Part shown: positions 12,908-25,586 of the stretch, piece by piece
Layout of the letters: each line of letters opens with the position of its first letter
How positions within the stretch are numbered: the stretch's first letter is position 1
Assembly (NCBI GenBank): GCA_025558095.1
Contig: JAIVFI010000003.1
Span: 744,001 to 808,000 of the forward strand
DNA length: 64,000 bases
Direction: 5' to 3'
Origin: Hyaloraphidium curvatum SAG 235-1
Lineage: Eukaryota; Fungi; Monoblepharomycota
Translations under genes and position numbers: made by a program
The notes under the pieces: model-generated
The model's input: the letters and a program-made list of their open reading frames with translations, nothing else
What the model was told of the DNA's origin: nothing
Database searches by the model: none

Positions 12908-14382
12908 ATGACGCAGATTCACGTCGTCCACTCGAAAGCACTCGAATATACGGCATTCGATGTGTCATGGGTGCCCAGCTCGGCGCGACTGGCCGTGGCA
13001 GGCCAGCTTCCTGCTGGGGGAGGCATCGTTCAGATGATGGCAATGGACGACAGAGCCAACTTGAAGCCAGTCTCGGAGGTGACTTTGGCTGGCTCATAAG
13101 TGGTCTAATGACCTACTGATCATGGCCTCGCTTGGCTTCGGCATCGCTGGACTTGGATGGCAAAAGACCAGGGTCGGGAGTGCCATCAGGTGCTTGACAT
13201 TCGGAGCCTCCGCCGGACCGTCGCGGGAGCTGGCTACCGGAAGTTTTGACGGTCAAGTACAGATTCGGTAAGAGCTTTTCGTGCCGTTGCACGTTAAAGC
13301 GCTTAGGGATGCTTGAAGCGACATTGAGCGATTGGGCAAAGCAATCGCGTCGGTCAACGCCCACTCGGGAATGATCAACTGCATTGACGGGGCAGGAGGG
13401 CCAGGATGCTCTTTCGGACCACCGGAGCTGGTCACCGGGGCACGCGATGGTAGGCGATCAATGCTCGGATATCATTCTTAGATCCGAATAAACTCTGCGA
13501 AGGAATGGTCAAGGTCTGGGACACGAGACAACGGAGTGGCCCAGTGGCATCGTTTGGCGCAGCTTCCGGCTCAAGCGCGCGGGATGTTTGGGCGGTGGCT
13601 TTCGGCAAGTGCAATCTTGCGCTTCCCATGGGGGGGAAACTGATTTGTTGCTCTCCAAGGCAACTCCTACAACGACGAGGATCGGATCGTCTGCGCCGGT
13701 TACGAGAATGGTGACCTTCAGTTCTTTGATCTTCGTGCCATGAGGAATCTGTGGTCGACGAACCTCGGGAGCGGAGTGAGTGGGACGGTGTGAGGCGTGT
13801 TCATAACCAGCTGACGCTTAACCTTGCAGATATGCTCTGTCGAGTTCGATCGCAAAGACATAAAAATGAATAAGCTTGTTGCAACGACGACCGATTCGAG
13901 CTTCCATGTCGTCGACTTGCGGACGTTCAACGTCGAATCTGGATTCGCGTCTCTGCGGCATAATGTACGGCGTGAGTTGTTGTTGTTCGGGTTCAGACCT
14001 TCACCATCCGCTTTCAGTTCGGAGGTTCCAACGTCACCATCTGGGGCGCGAGGCACCTCCCGCAAAACCGTGATCTATTTGTCACGAGCTGCGGCGACGG
14101 CACGCTCCAGCTGTACAAATAGTACGTGGTCGATCTCGCCCTTTCAACCCCGTGTCGACTGACAGCACATGCAGCGTATACCCCGGAACCCGAATGAAGA
14201 AGGATAAGGCCGGGAAGCCTGTGGGTGTGATGGGATCTCTTGTTCGTCAGAAATCGGCGACCGTGTCCGCCCAACCTGTGTCTGTTGTTGCTTGGTCGGC
14301 AGAAAGACTGGGACTTTGTGCATTTGCTAGTTTTGATCAGACGTTAAGGCTCGGCTTGGCGACCGGCCTCGAGGCGTTGTAG
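12908..14382 (+). CDS. WDR92: WD-repeat protein WDR92 / DNAAF10 (R2TP-prefoldin-like partner, axonemal dynein assembly)
   Basis: [32 protein letters not shown]...[53 protein letters not shown] and SFDQTLR. All exons splice in frame; one intron (13605-13659) is GC-AG. Confidence 0.92.
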
Positions 14383-14463
14383 ATCGATGGGATTTGACGA
14401 TCAATCGAACCTGCCCAGGCGCCGTGCCCAACCGCTCGCCGCGTTCCCGTCACGTCCGTCGCC

Positions 14464-15167
14464 ATGGAGGACAGCGAAAAGGTTGCCTTTGAATCGCAGG
14501 AAGCTTCAGTTGAGCCAGGCCAAGGTTCGTCAGGCGAGGGCGGAGTGACGCGGCACCTCTGGAACCGTCGGTCCCGGCCAGGCCGAGTCGCGCAGCCCGA
14601 CCTCTCCGAGCTCAGCGAGCAGAACGGGGACAAGAAGGACGAAGAAGCGATCGAATCGTCGCCCGACATCCCATACGAAGACGTTTTTGCGACGTGGGAG
14701 AGGTTCACCGCGTAAGCGATCTCGGCGCTGTGGCTGCCCTTCTTTCCGTTCGAACAAACGTCCGTGCCTTCGCCAGAGACTCCGACAGCATGATCATAGG
14801 CACGCAGCGCTTCAGAGCCCGGGCGATCATTACCCTGACCGGTTCATTCAGAAAGCTTCAACATGATCCATCACAACTTCCAAGTGCTCTTCTCGTCCTT
14901 CCTCAAGGCACAGCAGAGGATCACACAGTACGGAAGGTGGATTATTCATGGTTGTTGTCTCGATCGCATGTTGATTGGACCTGGGGGCAGCGCGAACCTT
15001 CAGGATCTCATGGAACAGACCTCCAAGCAGGAACGGAGCAAGCGGCTCCTCGAGAGCTCTCTCGATTCCTACTTCAAGGTTACCTACTCGGGGGAGTTAC
15101 GGGGCAACGTCTCACAGATCTCGATTAGGGCGTCAAGAAGCTTTGCGAGGAGATCTCCAACACTTGA
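14464..15167 (+). CDS. Hypothetical small protein with an acidic N-terminus and helical/coiled-coil C-terminus
   Basis: ATG at 14464 and a strong gtaagc donor. A spliceable chain ends ...LLESSLDSYFK|GVKKLCEEISNT*. No family recognised; exon structure is tentative. Confidence 0.5.
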
Positions 15168-15216
15168 TGAGCTCGACAGACCCAAGAATTCGACAACCAT
15201 CGTACACCGGATTCCA

Positions 15217-16582
15217 CTACTGCACGGTTCTGTACGTCAAAGCGCTCGCGTAGCTGACCGAGCTATCTCGAGTGTCGAGAACCTGACTCGATTGAGCGTA
15301 CCGAACAAACGTTGTTCGCATATCGCCCGTGCCAGCCGGTCCAGCCTGTTCACTGCCATGTCTCTCCTCGTCCAAAGCGCGCAGTGCGTTTAAAAGAACG
15401 CCGATCGGGTGTCTGCATGGGCGGTGTCAGTAAGCTGGATCGGCCAACAAGGCGAGCGCGCACCGTCCGCAGATCGTGTTGCGGGTCTTCTTCAGGTAGT
15501 CGGCAAAGCCCTGCACGTCACCCTGCTCGATGAGGTCCATGCCATCCCGATCCAGGAGTTCGATCGACTTGTGAATCGGAGTACTCGTCGACGACGAATG
15601 GTGCCGTGCAGTGTACGAGAACCGCGAGCCCCAATGGCAGAAATCGCTGGAGATGACAAAGAGGTTTGCGGGATCGGCAAGATACGGGCTCAGGAGCTCC
15701 CCGTAGTGCGCCTCCTTGGCGGTGGAGATTGCGCCCACGAGAATGGGCACCACGGTGTAAGGGCCGTTCTTGCTGTGCAGGGGCCCACGGAGTTGGTGCC
15801 ACGTCGCAGCGCGGCTAACGCACCCACCCTTGCATGATCTTGTGCACGTAAGGAAGGTGCATTTCGATGCTGTGCTCGTCCTCGTCAACGGAAATCGACA
15901 TGACCGAGAACTCGCCAGTCTTCATGAGCTCGTCGGTGACTTGATACAAGAGTGAGCGACATAGCTATACTGAACGTTCGCATTACGAACCCTGTCGGTC
16001 GACCTGAAGGTTTCCAAGCGGAGTTTCCAGTTCGGTGCAGGCAGATACCGCGCAACCTAAGGACTGCGTCACGCAACATCATCAGAATTGCATGCACATG
16101 CGGGGCACGTACCATCGAGATAGAAGTGGTGGGATGGACCGAGCACAAAGACCCTCGAGCTGGAGCCCGCGGACCCTTAGCTTCGTAACTCGATCCATCA
16201 GACTTCGCTTCACCCACATGGACGTTGGGTCTATGGCCCTGTAAGCCCATGCCGCCGTCGGCCCGGAATAAGAGTAGCCGGCGTGCCTGGCATCCAAAGT
16301 CAGGGCCAATGGCTCGTCAGCGGCAACGATCCCCCTTACGGTGCTATGACCGCTCTGACCCTGGAACTCGGAAGACTGAGCAAGCCTCCATCCTTGTCCG
16401 GAACTTCCTTCGGCACTTGGTCCAGCCAACCTTGAAGCTCCTGACGAAGTTTCGTCCCTGGAACCAGGGCAGGATTCGTTAGACAGGCAACGCTTCGCAC
16501 CACCCCGGGCAAGCCGACCTGATCGTGTGTACCACGATCCGGCGTGCGATGCGCGCCGCACAACCGGGCGCGTCGTCGCCAT
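15217..16582 (-). CDS. MEMO1: MEMO1 / Mho1 family protein
   Basis: RRASHAGSWY, HAGYSYSGPTAAWAY, DEDEHSIEMHLPY, VISSDFCHWGSRF, NTICGR|HPI and DSSVSYAS. Confidence 0.95.
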
Positions 16583-16727
16583 TGCAGATCAATGCAGATC
16601 AAGTCCCGCGCTCCACCGCAGGCCTGAAGCCTGGCCGTTTAGGGAGGTGGGGACACCGCAGACCCTCCTTCGGCCTCTGAGACGAGACGGATCTAATCAC
16701 ACTACACAATCAACTCGGGGGGCAGAC

Positions 16728-19031
16728 ATGAGCCGCAAGAGGGATAGAACGGACGTGGAAGGGAAGCGAGATCGGTGGAAGGAACAGGAGGCTCCGTCGG
16801 AGGAGGAGCAGCAGATGCAGCGACTGGAGAAGCTGCTGACAGCCGGCCGCAGTTTCCTGGATCCGGAGCTACTCAAGGCGAGGATCTCTTCCGTGCTGCG
16901 AGGAGGTCATCCTAATTAGAGTCTTTCCTACGTGATGCAGGGCGTGAAGGCCTTCTGCCGGGCCTCGGACACCAACCTTCGCCTGGTGTTTGACGCTGCC
17001 TTGCTGCACCTGGGGAAACCTCACGCCCAGATCCGCTTCTCGGCGCTGCAACTCTATGACGAACTGTTCTCCCGGTCGCATCTGTTCCGGCAGCTGACCG
17101 CCGAGAACTACGTGCCGATAACGAACCTCGCTCTTGGGATCAACGGGGAGAAGCTCCCGCCGCCCGAGAAATGGGCGAAACGTGCCAAGACGCTGGGGCT
17201 CGTCCTCGTGAAGGAATGGAGCGACCGCTTTGGGCCGGGGTACAAGCAGCTGGAGATTGGGCTCGAGCAAGTGCGCTCGCTGCTCGGTCTGGATTCTTTT
17301 CCAACACGGGCCGACGTGGCGGACATGGAGTTTGCCGCGACCAGGGAACAAAGAGAGGCAGATGCTAGGATTGCGGGAAGGCGGCTGAAGGAGTACAGGG
17401 ACGCACTGGGTCGGATCGAAGAAGCCACACCGCTGATGAAGGAGACGCTGCAGACAATGGTAATTTGTGTTGACGCGCCGCACCAGCTGCCCCTCAACAT
17501 CCTTTCTTTAGAAATCCTGCCTTGCGATTCTCATTCCTGCCGATCCCCTTTTCGCTCCATCCGCTGTCGGGAATGGTGTGAACCAAGAGGACGACCACGC
17601 TCTGCTCAAGGACTTTTCACAGGCGCATGGACTCGGATCGACACGCTACACCTTGGACATTGATCTCGAAGAGGTCCGACGACTCGGCAAAGTCGCCGAA
17701 GACGAAGAAAACGAGGCCGTCTTTGAAAACCTGCGGGACGCGGCAAAGCTTGCGGGCAAGCATCTGAAGCTTCTTTCTTCGTGGCTCTCCATAGTTCAGA
17801 AGGCCGATGTTGCTGTAAGTTGGCATTGGTCGGTCCTTGTCTGCCGTTGACCACAACGAACTCGACCCAGGATCAACGAGAAAGGGAGCGTGTCATCAGG
17901 ACCCTGCTCGATCGTTCTGCGGCTATTCGGACTTGTCTTGACCGCGCGACCGCTTTGCTGGAAACCAGGCCCGACGAGGGTAAGCCACACGGCTCTCCTA
18001 CCACTGCGTCGCTCTCTGAAGCTTTGGGTTTCAGAGGGAGAGCATTTCGAGGAAGTTGCTGCCAAAGGCACGGGAGTGTCGGAGTTTGCTGTTGCGGCCC
18101 AAGTTGCCGAGGCAGCCGAAGCTACACGGAGAGACAAAGACGTCGAGTCGGCACCACAGAGCGCGTCGACGGAGACTAGAGTGCAAGCGCGACGTCCCGA
18201 AGATGGCCGGGCCGATCCTGGCAAGGAGCGCCAGATTAGGTCCCTTGCAGACCCGAAGCTAGCAAGTGAGGACGCGGACGCCATTTGCTGGCCATTGAGG
18301 CTCATTGCTTACGAATCCGTCTCCAGGTCTCTTGAAAGAGGCGCCGGTGATTGAGTACGATCAAGACTTGGATTTGTGGGACGTCACCGAAAAGCAGTTC
18401 GACCAAACTGGTTTACGTGGGTGTCTCGTGTGCCGAAGCCGCGTGGCTTTGACGGATGGGTTTGCAGGGAGGGCACATAGGTTTCTCGGGGAGCAACAGG
18501 AAGACCATTTCTTGTCACAGGATACACTCGATCAGATGCGTAAACGAGCCGTCTATCTGAAGCCGCAAGACCCAGGAAAGTTACCGGTGAGGCGCGTGCA
18601 CGGGCCGCTAAACAGGCAGGATCTCATGGTATGTTGCTGCACAGGCTTGTGGGGCACCGTTGCCGAGAGGGGGCTTGTGCCAGCGGCGGGATCAGTCGGC
18701 GTGCCCGATTCATGGGCCAATCGTGCCACGCGACGAGGAAGGAGTTCCGTTGAACCCTGCCGACGTCAAGGACGACGGGAAGCAACCCTGGGAAGCCATT
18801 GAAGAGGATGTGCTACGGAACGCCGGGCTCCAGGATCCTCGAACGAGGAAGGGCCGCCGCCAGGGCGGTGAGCCGTCTCAGCTTGTCGACCTGCGCAAGT
18901 CCAAGGACACCGTTCAGAATCGCTTGAGAAAGGTCGTCGATGATCCGAAGGCGAAGCGGAGCATCCGTGCCGCCTTTGCCGAGGAGGCGGCCTACAGTTA
19001 CCGCGATCGAAATGCGTTTAGCTGGCACTAG
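16728..19031 (+). CDS. UVSSA: UV-stimulated scaffold protein A (transcription-coupled NER)
   Basis: VHS-like N-terminus HAQIRFSALQLYDELFSRSHLFR...LPPP. C-terminal DUF2043 zinc finger CGAPLPRGGLCQRRDQSACPIHGPIVPRDEEG, plus HRF and RLRK motifs. Confidence 0.9.
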
Positions 19032-19038
19032 CCATCGG

Positions 19039-20052
19039 TTACCAGAAGTACTGCAGGCGGTATATCGATTTCTCTGTCGTATGATGTACTTCGTTAATGG
19101 TTGATCTGTGATTCGTGTTCTGTTGGCGCCCACCGACGCTCTGCAGCGGTCTTCCTTGTGCGTCCGTGCCCGACCACATGAGGTGCACCTCGACGAAGAA
19201 GTTAGCGCCCAATCAGCATCACCGCCGTCAAGGGTGGCTGCCACCTTGACATCACACCCTGCGAAATCCGTCGCATTGCATTGAACCGGGCACATTTCGA
19301 GCTGCTCTCCGACATCCAATGGGCAGAGGGAAAAGACCTTGGAAACTTCTTCCCATTCAATGCTCGAAACAAGACCTGAGGCGACATGAGACGGGAACCG
19401 CATTGAGGAAGGCGAACGCACCGTCCCAGAGGGTGACGATGACGCCTCGGTAGGGAATGTAGTAGAGGATATCCATGTCGGCATTGTATGCAAACCAAGA
19501 TTTGGGCACGGATCGGAAAACCGTTGCGTTGTGCAGGAGGTGGAAGGAGATCGTCACGTCCTCCCACAGTCGTTTCCGAGCGTCGAGATAGGAGAGGGCT
19601 TTTCCGGATCAAATGTGCGCCGATTTGGAGACAGATCGCGAGTGCTTACCGTTTGAGCCGTTCAAGGTCAACGTGGAGTAAACATCCACTTTCGGAAAGA
19701 AGGAGCTCAGGGCGCTTTCGGTTGCCATCACATTGCTCGCGTTGGCGGGAGCAGAGAGATTCCGCAGAGGAACATAGTTGAGCTGCAGGTACGCAGCCGT
19801 GCTGTCGCCCGTTCGCAGACCCCTTATGGCAGGCTGCCCTGCAGCTAGCCTGATGCTCGCACACGAGGTCGGCAGTATCGGGTCGTTGACGGAATAGCAG
19901 TAGGACCGAGCGCTCACGGAGCTCAAGCCCCCGGTCTGCTGCAAGGTCCCCATGGGCCACGAGAGGAGAAAGAGCCCGAGCAAAAGCATGGTGCGATGCC
20001 ATTTGGTGACGACGGCCTCCTTGGCGGCACGTGGCTGCGCACGGATGTGCAT
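19039..20052 (-). CDS. Uncharacterised secreted or lumenal Cys-containing protein
   Basis: Signal-like MLLLGLFLLSW (alternative start at 19989). Spliced exons give VIVTLWDG|LVSSIEWE...CP..C....GCDVK|VHLMWSGTDAQGRPLQS...YRLQYFW*. Confidence 0.55.
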
Positions 20053-20286
20053 GGTCTCCCGCTCTTCAGTCCCAAGTCGTCGGGCGTGGACGATCCGCTC
20101 CGATCCATATGCCTCAGACGCTCCCCGCTTTCGGCTCATTGATGGGCAAAGAGTTTGGACGACCTTGGTGGCTCTCGTTTTATCGCCTCCTCGGACTGCG
20201 GCCTCGAGAGAATTGCGGCGATGTCGGAGTTTGACGCGCGCGTCCGACTTAGCGAGGTCACACGCGCAGGTCTCCCACATTCGGCC

Positions 20287-20700
20287 ATGGCACTGGATCC
20301 GACGACGAACTCACGCGTTTTGAAAGGTAGACAGCTCGACACACGCCCCGATGGGATGCCGAACGCGTCTTGTCCCAGCGACGACCGATTTGTCGACTTT
20401 GACAGTCACTATGCTCAACGAAGCGTCCGTCGGGCTCTACCGCGTACATGAGCACGTACAGGCAAAGGTCCCGCAGCTCGCAAAGCACAAGGTCGGCGGG
20501 ATTGATTAATTTCACGAATCCGATCTGAACTTTGCCCACAGGGCGATCTGGAAGCCCTGGAGCAGTCCGTTTCTGCCGCTTCGAAAGCCGTAGCGGACAG
20601 CCGGGAGGCAATACGCGACTTACAGCTCGCCGAGACGGAATCCTTCGGTGGCCTTGAGGACCTTGGTCACCGGCTACGAAAGCTGCTGAACGGACAATGA
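20287..20700 (+). CDS. BORCS8: BLOC-1-related complex subunit 8 (BORCS8/MEF2BNB), 3 exons
   Basis: Splice gives MALDPTTNSRVLK|ATTDLSTLTVTMLNEASVGLYRVHEHVQAKVPQLAKHK|GDLEALEQ...; this matches the NEPSVALYRLQEHV family signature. Absent from the ORF track. Confidence 0.8.
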
Positions 20701-20823
20701 ACGGAAGGCTATCTCGAACCGCCCGCGACCCATCAAGCGCAAGCAGGGTATACTAAGCCCCAATATAGGCAAGTTTACACGTCCGTGGGGGGAGAGGGGA
20801 AGGGGAAACATGCTCATCGCTGC

Positions 20824-23800
20824 TCATCGCTGCTCGTTCATGTTTCTCAGGCCTGTTGCGCTGGCGCCGACGCTGCTGATTTCGCAGGTCAGGCACAACT
20901 TGCCGCTGCATTCCGGTCGGAACGAGGTCCCGCAGAACGGGCAGGCGATCATGGGGCTGCCCCGGTAGATGGGAGTGAAGGCCAAGCCGTCGACCACGAA
21001 CGGGTTGTACTGGTCGTAGTCGAGCTTGATCTCGTCCGTCGGGGTCTTGTCAGCCAGCTGCTGCAGCTTCTTGGCCTGCAAATCCGAGCAATCAGCTTGG
21101 CAATAGAATCGCGTGAGACGAAGCCCACCTGTTGCGCGACCTGCGGCGCAGGACCAAGCTCCAGCAACCGGCGAGCGAACAGACTAGCCGTGGCAAAGTT
21201 CTTGATCTTGTAGGCCAGAGTCATCGCCGATCGCAGACTGAGCTGCAAATGCGCCGGCTGGAGCTGGCAGTGCGTGAAGTACGCGGCGAGCTCGACGGCC
21301 CTCTTTGCACCGTCCGGGGTTTCGGTCGACAACTCCTTTCTTGCCACTTCCATCCGCAAGCCGAGAATGTACTCCCGCGCCACGGAGATGACCTGGGCGA
21401 TCTGCAAAGGAGGGGGAACCTGAGCACAGAAGACGAGGAACGCCCCAATGAGACTAACCTCATCCAACTCCTGCTTTTTCGTTGCGACAGTAAACAGTAC
21501 CATGTGCAGAATCGACCTGAAGAGATTGAGGGCTTCGCCAAACTTGCCGGCTGGTGCAATTGGACGGCCTGAGCCCACGAGGGAGGTGGAGACGGAGAGA
21601 CCCACCAGTCGTAGCACCGTACGCCTCCTGCAGCTTGGCAATGACCTTGGCCATGTTGTACGTAACCACGGGGAGGAATCGCCGCGGATCGTCCTCGTTG
21701 GTCCGGTGAACGTTGAACGACAGTGCCGGGGTGGACGGGATGGCCGACAGGTAAGTGTGCGCCGCCTGGTAGATGGCGATGAAGGCCGGCTTGAGCGGTG
21801 CAAAGTTCACGGCGCCGATCTGCCGGTTGAGGAGCTGCATCGCCGTCTCGTACGAGCCCGCCGCGACGTGGTCCACGGCCAGGGCAGAGTTGCGAACCCA
21901 GAAATCGTTGATGGAAGTGCCGGGGGTCGGAGCCGCGAAGATGGTGCCGGAGGGCGTGGCAGTAACCTCGGCAGGACCAGCGCCGAGGTCGTCGGGCAGC
22001 TGCAGCTCGGCATCCAGGTCCCAGCCGCCGCCTTCCTCGTCCATGCCGCCGTCCGCCGGCGTGCCCGCCGCCGGCAAGCTTGCGGAGGGCTTCGCCGGCG
22101 CCACGCCCAACTCGGGAATGTCCAAGTCGTCCCCCCAACCACCAGCCGCGTCTGCCATTGCCTCGTCGTCCAGCGTGACCGGGGCGGCGATCCGGCTGTC
22201 GTCTGAGAACAGCGCGCCCTCGAAAATGCCTTTGGAAACCATGAGCAACGGCCAGTTATTGTCGAACTGCTTGTAAATGGGCGTCGGCGGCTTCAGAAGC
22301 TCCCCTCCCGCCTTGGGCAGGGTCAGGCTGTCCTCGCTGACGCCGGCCGCGGCCAGAATGTTCTGCGCCTCTTCTTCGAGACCGTGGGTCTTAGCAGTCA
22401 GGTAGGCAAGGGGAACTGCGATAGAAGTGATGTGAGAGTCGGAGAACGTGGGCCATCCGCGAGCAACCCACGTTGACCAACGTCCCGCATAACGCGGATC
22501 TGCTCCTCCACGTCGCCCAGGTAAAGCGAGTTGTGATAGCGCGACATGTTGTCGTTGCGGAGCTCGGCGATCTTCATCATCTTCTTGAGCTTTTCGACGT
22601 TGCCCGTGACGACGTACAGGAAGGACAGGCGGTCAAAATTCTTGACGCGCTGGTACGCCATTTCAAGCACCTGCGGCCCCGGCGCGTGAGCAGTCGAACT
22701 AGACCACAAGAATCAGAGACCCACAAGCTGGTTGCCCTGCCGCAGCGCTTCTTGACCGAGCTTGTTCCAGGCGTCGTCCTTGTCCAAGACCTTGGCGCAC
22801 TCGAGAGCCACGTCGATGTTTCCGCACTCGATGGCAAGCTCGAACCGCGTCTTGGGATCCTTCACGAAATGCATGGCCACCTCGGCGTAGCCCTTCTTCT
22901 GCAGGTAGGCGATGATGCTCTGCCCGACCAGGTTGCTGTTGCGGATGATCTGAAGCACTTCGTCATAGTTCTTGCGCACGAGCGCGAGTTTGAAGCGGTA
23001 TTCGGTGGGGTCGATGGTGACGACGCGGACCTTGCCGTCGCGGTCCAGGCAGTAGACGCTCTTGCCCTTGACACGCGTGAGGTAGACGGGCTGGTCCAAC
23101 GTGCGGATGATGCCATTGTCCCTGGGGCACGGCTCGCTGATTAGCGCAACCGGAATCGAGCGCATTGATAAGCGGGGACTCACCCATTGGGCAGCGCGTA
23201 CTTGATGTGGTTGAGGGTCGAGTACACGAAGATGCCGACGTCGTCCCACGCCCCGCTCTTGATCTTGATGGTCTCGTGGATGAGGCACAGCTGCTCCATG
23301 TTCTTGTTGGCAATCACGATGGTGTGCTTGCTGAGGAGAGCCACGAGGCTCATGTCCGGCGACCAGATCGTGTAGCGGACGCCATTAACGTTGAGCTCCG
23401 AGACCGTCTGGCGCAGCTCCGTGTCGTACAGAATGGCAGACGTGGGAGTCGCAAGCAGAAGGTTCTTGGTCCCGGCGTAGAAGATGTCCACCACGTTGGC
23501 CGGCGGCTTGAACTGCTTGGTGTTCTCGTTCTTCAGGTCCCGGATGAAGATTTGCTGCGCACGCAGGATGTGAGATCACAACGCACGACGGCAAGCCACG
23601 CCATCTCACCTGATTCTGCTTGTCGAGCACGGCGAACCTGTTGCGAGCCACCCAGACCGCGTTCTGCCCCGCCCCGCGCTTCACGTCCGTCGGCTCCCTG
23701 GCATCAGCGCCAAGGTCCTTGGGCAGGTAATAGAGCTCATAAATCCCGCCGTCCGTCGGCGACGTGATGAGAACCGCGCGTTCCGCCGGGTTGTACGAAA

Positions 23801-25195
23801 CGTTGCGCGGGCTCATGAAAGGCCCGCTGGCTCGGCGGATGGTGATGCAGGGCACGTCGTTGTTGGTGTTGAAGTCGTAGAGGCGCAGGTGCTTGTCCTT
23901 CACGTACAGCAGAATGTTCTGGTAGGTCGTGTTGGCGGGCCTCTCCCGCTCAAGCTTGAAGACGATCAGACCGCTGTCGTGACCTGTCGGAAGCACGTGT
24001 CAACACCCATAAGGGGATAACACAACACACGCACCAGCAGCAAACAAGTTAAGCTCGGGGTGGGCGGCGAGGATCCAGAATCTGTCGTGCTCCCTCCGGA
24101 AAGTCTGAAGGCACGTCCGCTTTGTCATGTCCCAGATCCTGATGGTCTTGTCCTCCGAGTCGGACAGGATGAGCTCCTGACGCGGGTGGAACAGGACGCA
24201 GGAAACGTTGTTGTAGTGCCCTCGGCACGTGTCGACCTCCCAGGCCTTGGTTTCTGCGGTTCCAAAAGTGAGTCCCATCGCTTAGGAAAGCGGAGAGGGA
24301 CCCACCGTTCATCCGCCACAGCTTAACCTGACGGTCATCCGCCCCCGACACAATGAGCGGCAGGTTGGGGTGGAAGTGCGCCCAGTTGACGCCGCGGTCG
24401 TGGCCCTCGAGGACGTACTTGACCACCGCGTCGGTGCTGCCGAAAATGTCGCCCTGCCCCTGCGGGCTGCGGTGCGACGGTTCGTCGTAGGACGACGAAG
24501 CGGGTCCCGCGGCGTGCTTCTTGCGCAGGCCTGGAAAAGTGCGTTGGCGTGAGGTGCCGGCACGACTCGCTGTTGGGACCGCGACGCACCCGAAATGTCC
24601 CAAACCCGCACGGTCTGGTCCAGCGACGCCGACACGACCAGGTCCTCCTTGGGGTGGAACTGCGCGCACATGACGTAGTGGTTGTGGCCCGTCAGGATGG
24701 AGATGCAGTTGCGCGACTGCCAGTTCCATATCCGGATCGTCTGGTCGTCCGACGCCGAGATGATCCACGGCAGTTCGCGGTGGAAGAAGACGGTGCGGAT
24801 GTAATCCAGATGCCCGTTCAGGGTGAAGAGGCAGCGCCGCAGCTTCCAGTTCCACAGCTTGACCTTGTAGTCGTCGCCGCCCGACACGAAGACGGGCTGG
24901 GTGTCGTGGAAGCAGATGCCGCGGACGGGGCCTGCGCAGGAAGGGACGCGTCGGCGCGGGCGGCGGCGCGGCAACGGCGGGGAGGCCACCTTCGTGCTCG
25001 TCGAAGCGGTCGATGAGCGTCCCCATCTTGTAGTCCCACAGCTGGATGGAGCCATTGTGCAGCGACGCGAGAATCCACGGCCGCTTCGGGTGGAACGAAA
25101 TCCCCTGCGGACGGGCGGCGTCAGCGCCGGCCGCGGCGGCGACGACGGGGCGGTACCTTGACTCTGTTGCTTTTGGTCTCGAACTTGCTCAGCAT
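20824..25195 (-). CDS. COP1: Coatomer subunit alpha
   Basis: [15 protein letters not shown]40 repeats ([37 protein letters not shown]), [14 protein letters not shown] and YDQYNPF...CPFCG...C..C. Confidence 0.98.
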
Positions 25196-25586
25196 CTTGA
25201 GGTCCTCGGATCCCCGCGGGACCGGGCCTAACAAGCAGCCGCCCGTCGAGCGCGCTGCGCAAACAGGCGAGCGGCGCGGCGTGCGTGGGATGTGTGCGGG
25301 GCGCGGCGCAAGGGGGCGCGGGAAAGCGCGTCGAAACGGCCGCGGCACGGGGCAGCGGCGCGGCGTCAGTCGCGGTGTCGCGCGGGCCGCATGCGACTCA
25401 TGCAGCCGTGGCAATGGGCGGGCTGCTCACCGGACCGGTTCCGGCTCCGCGAAGGGCGAGTGTCCGAGGCGACAACGGTGTTGGCGCGTGGAACGCCCGC
25501 ACAGAGCATAGTCAGCTACAGGCGCCCTCCGTTCACCACGCACTGTAACCGCAGTCCTAGCCTTCTATGCTGTGCTGCAACGCGAT

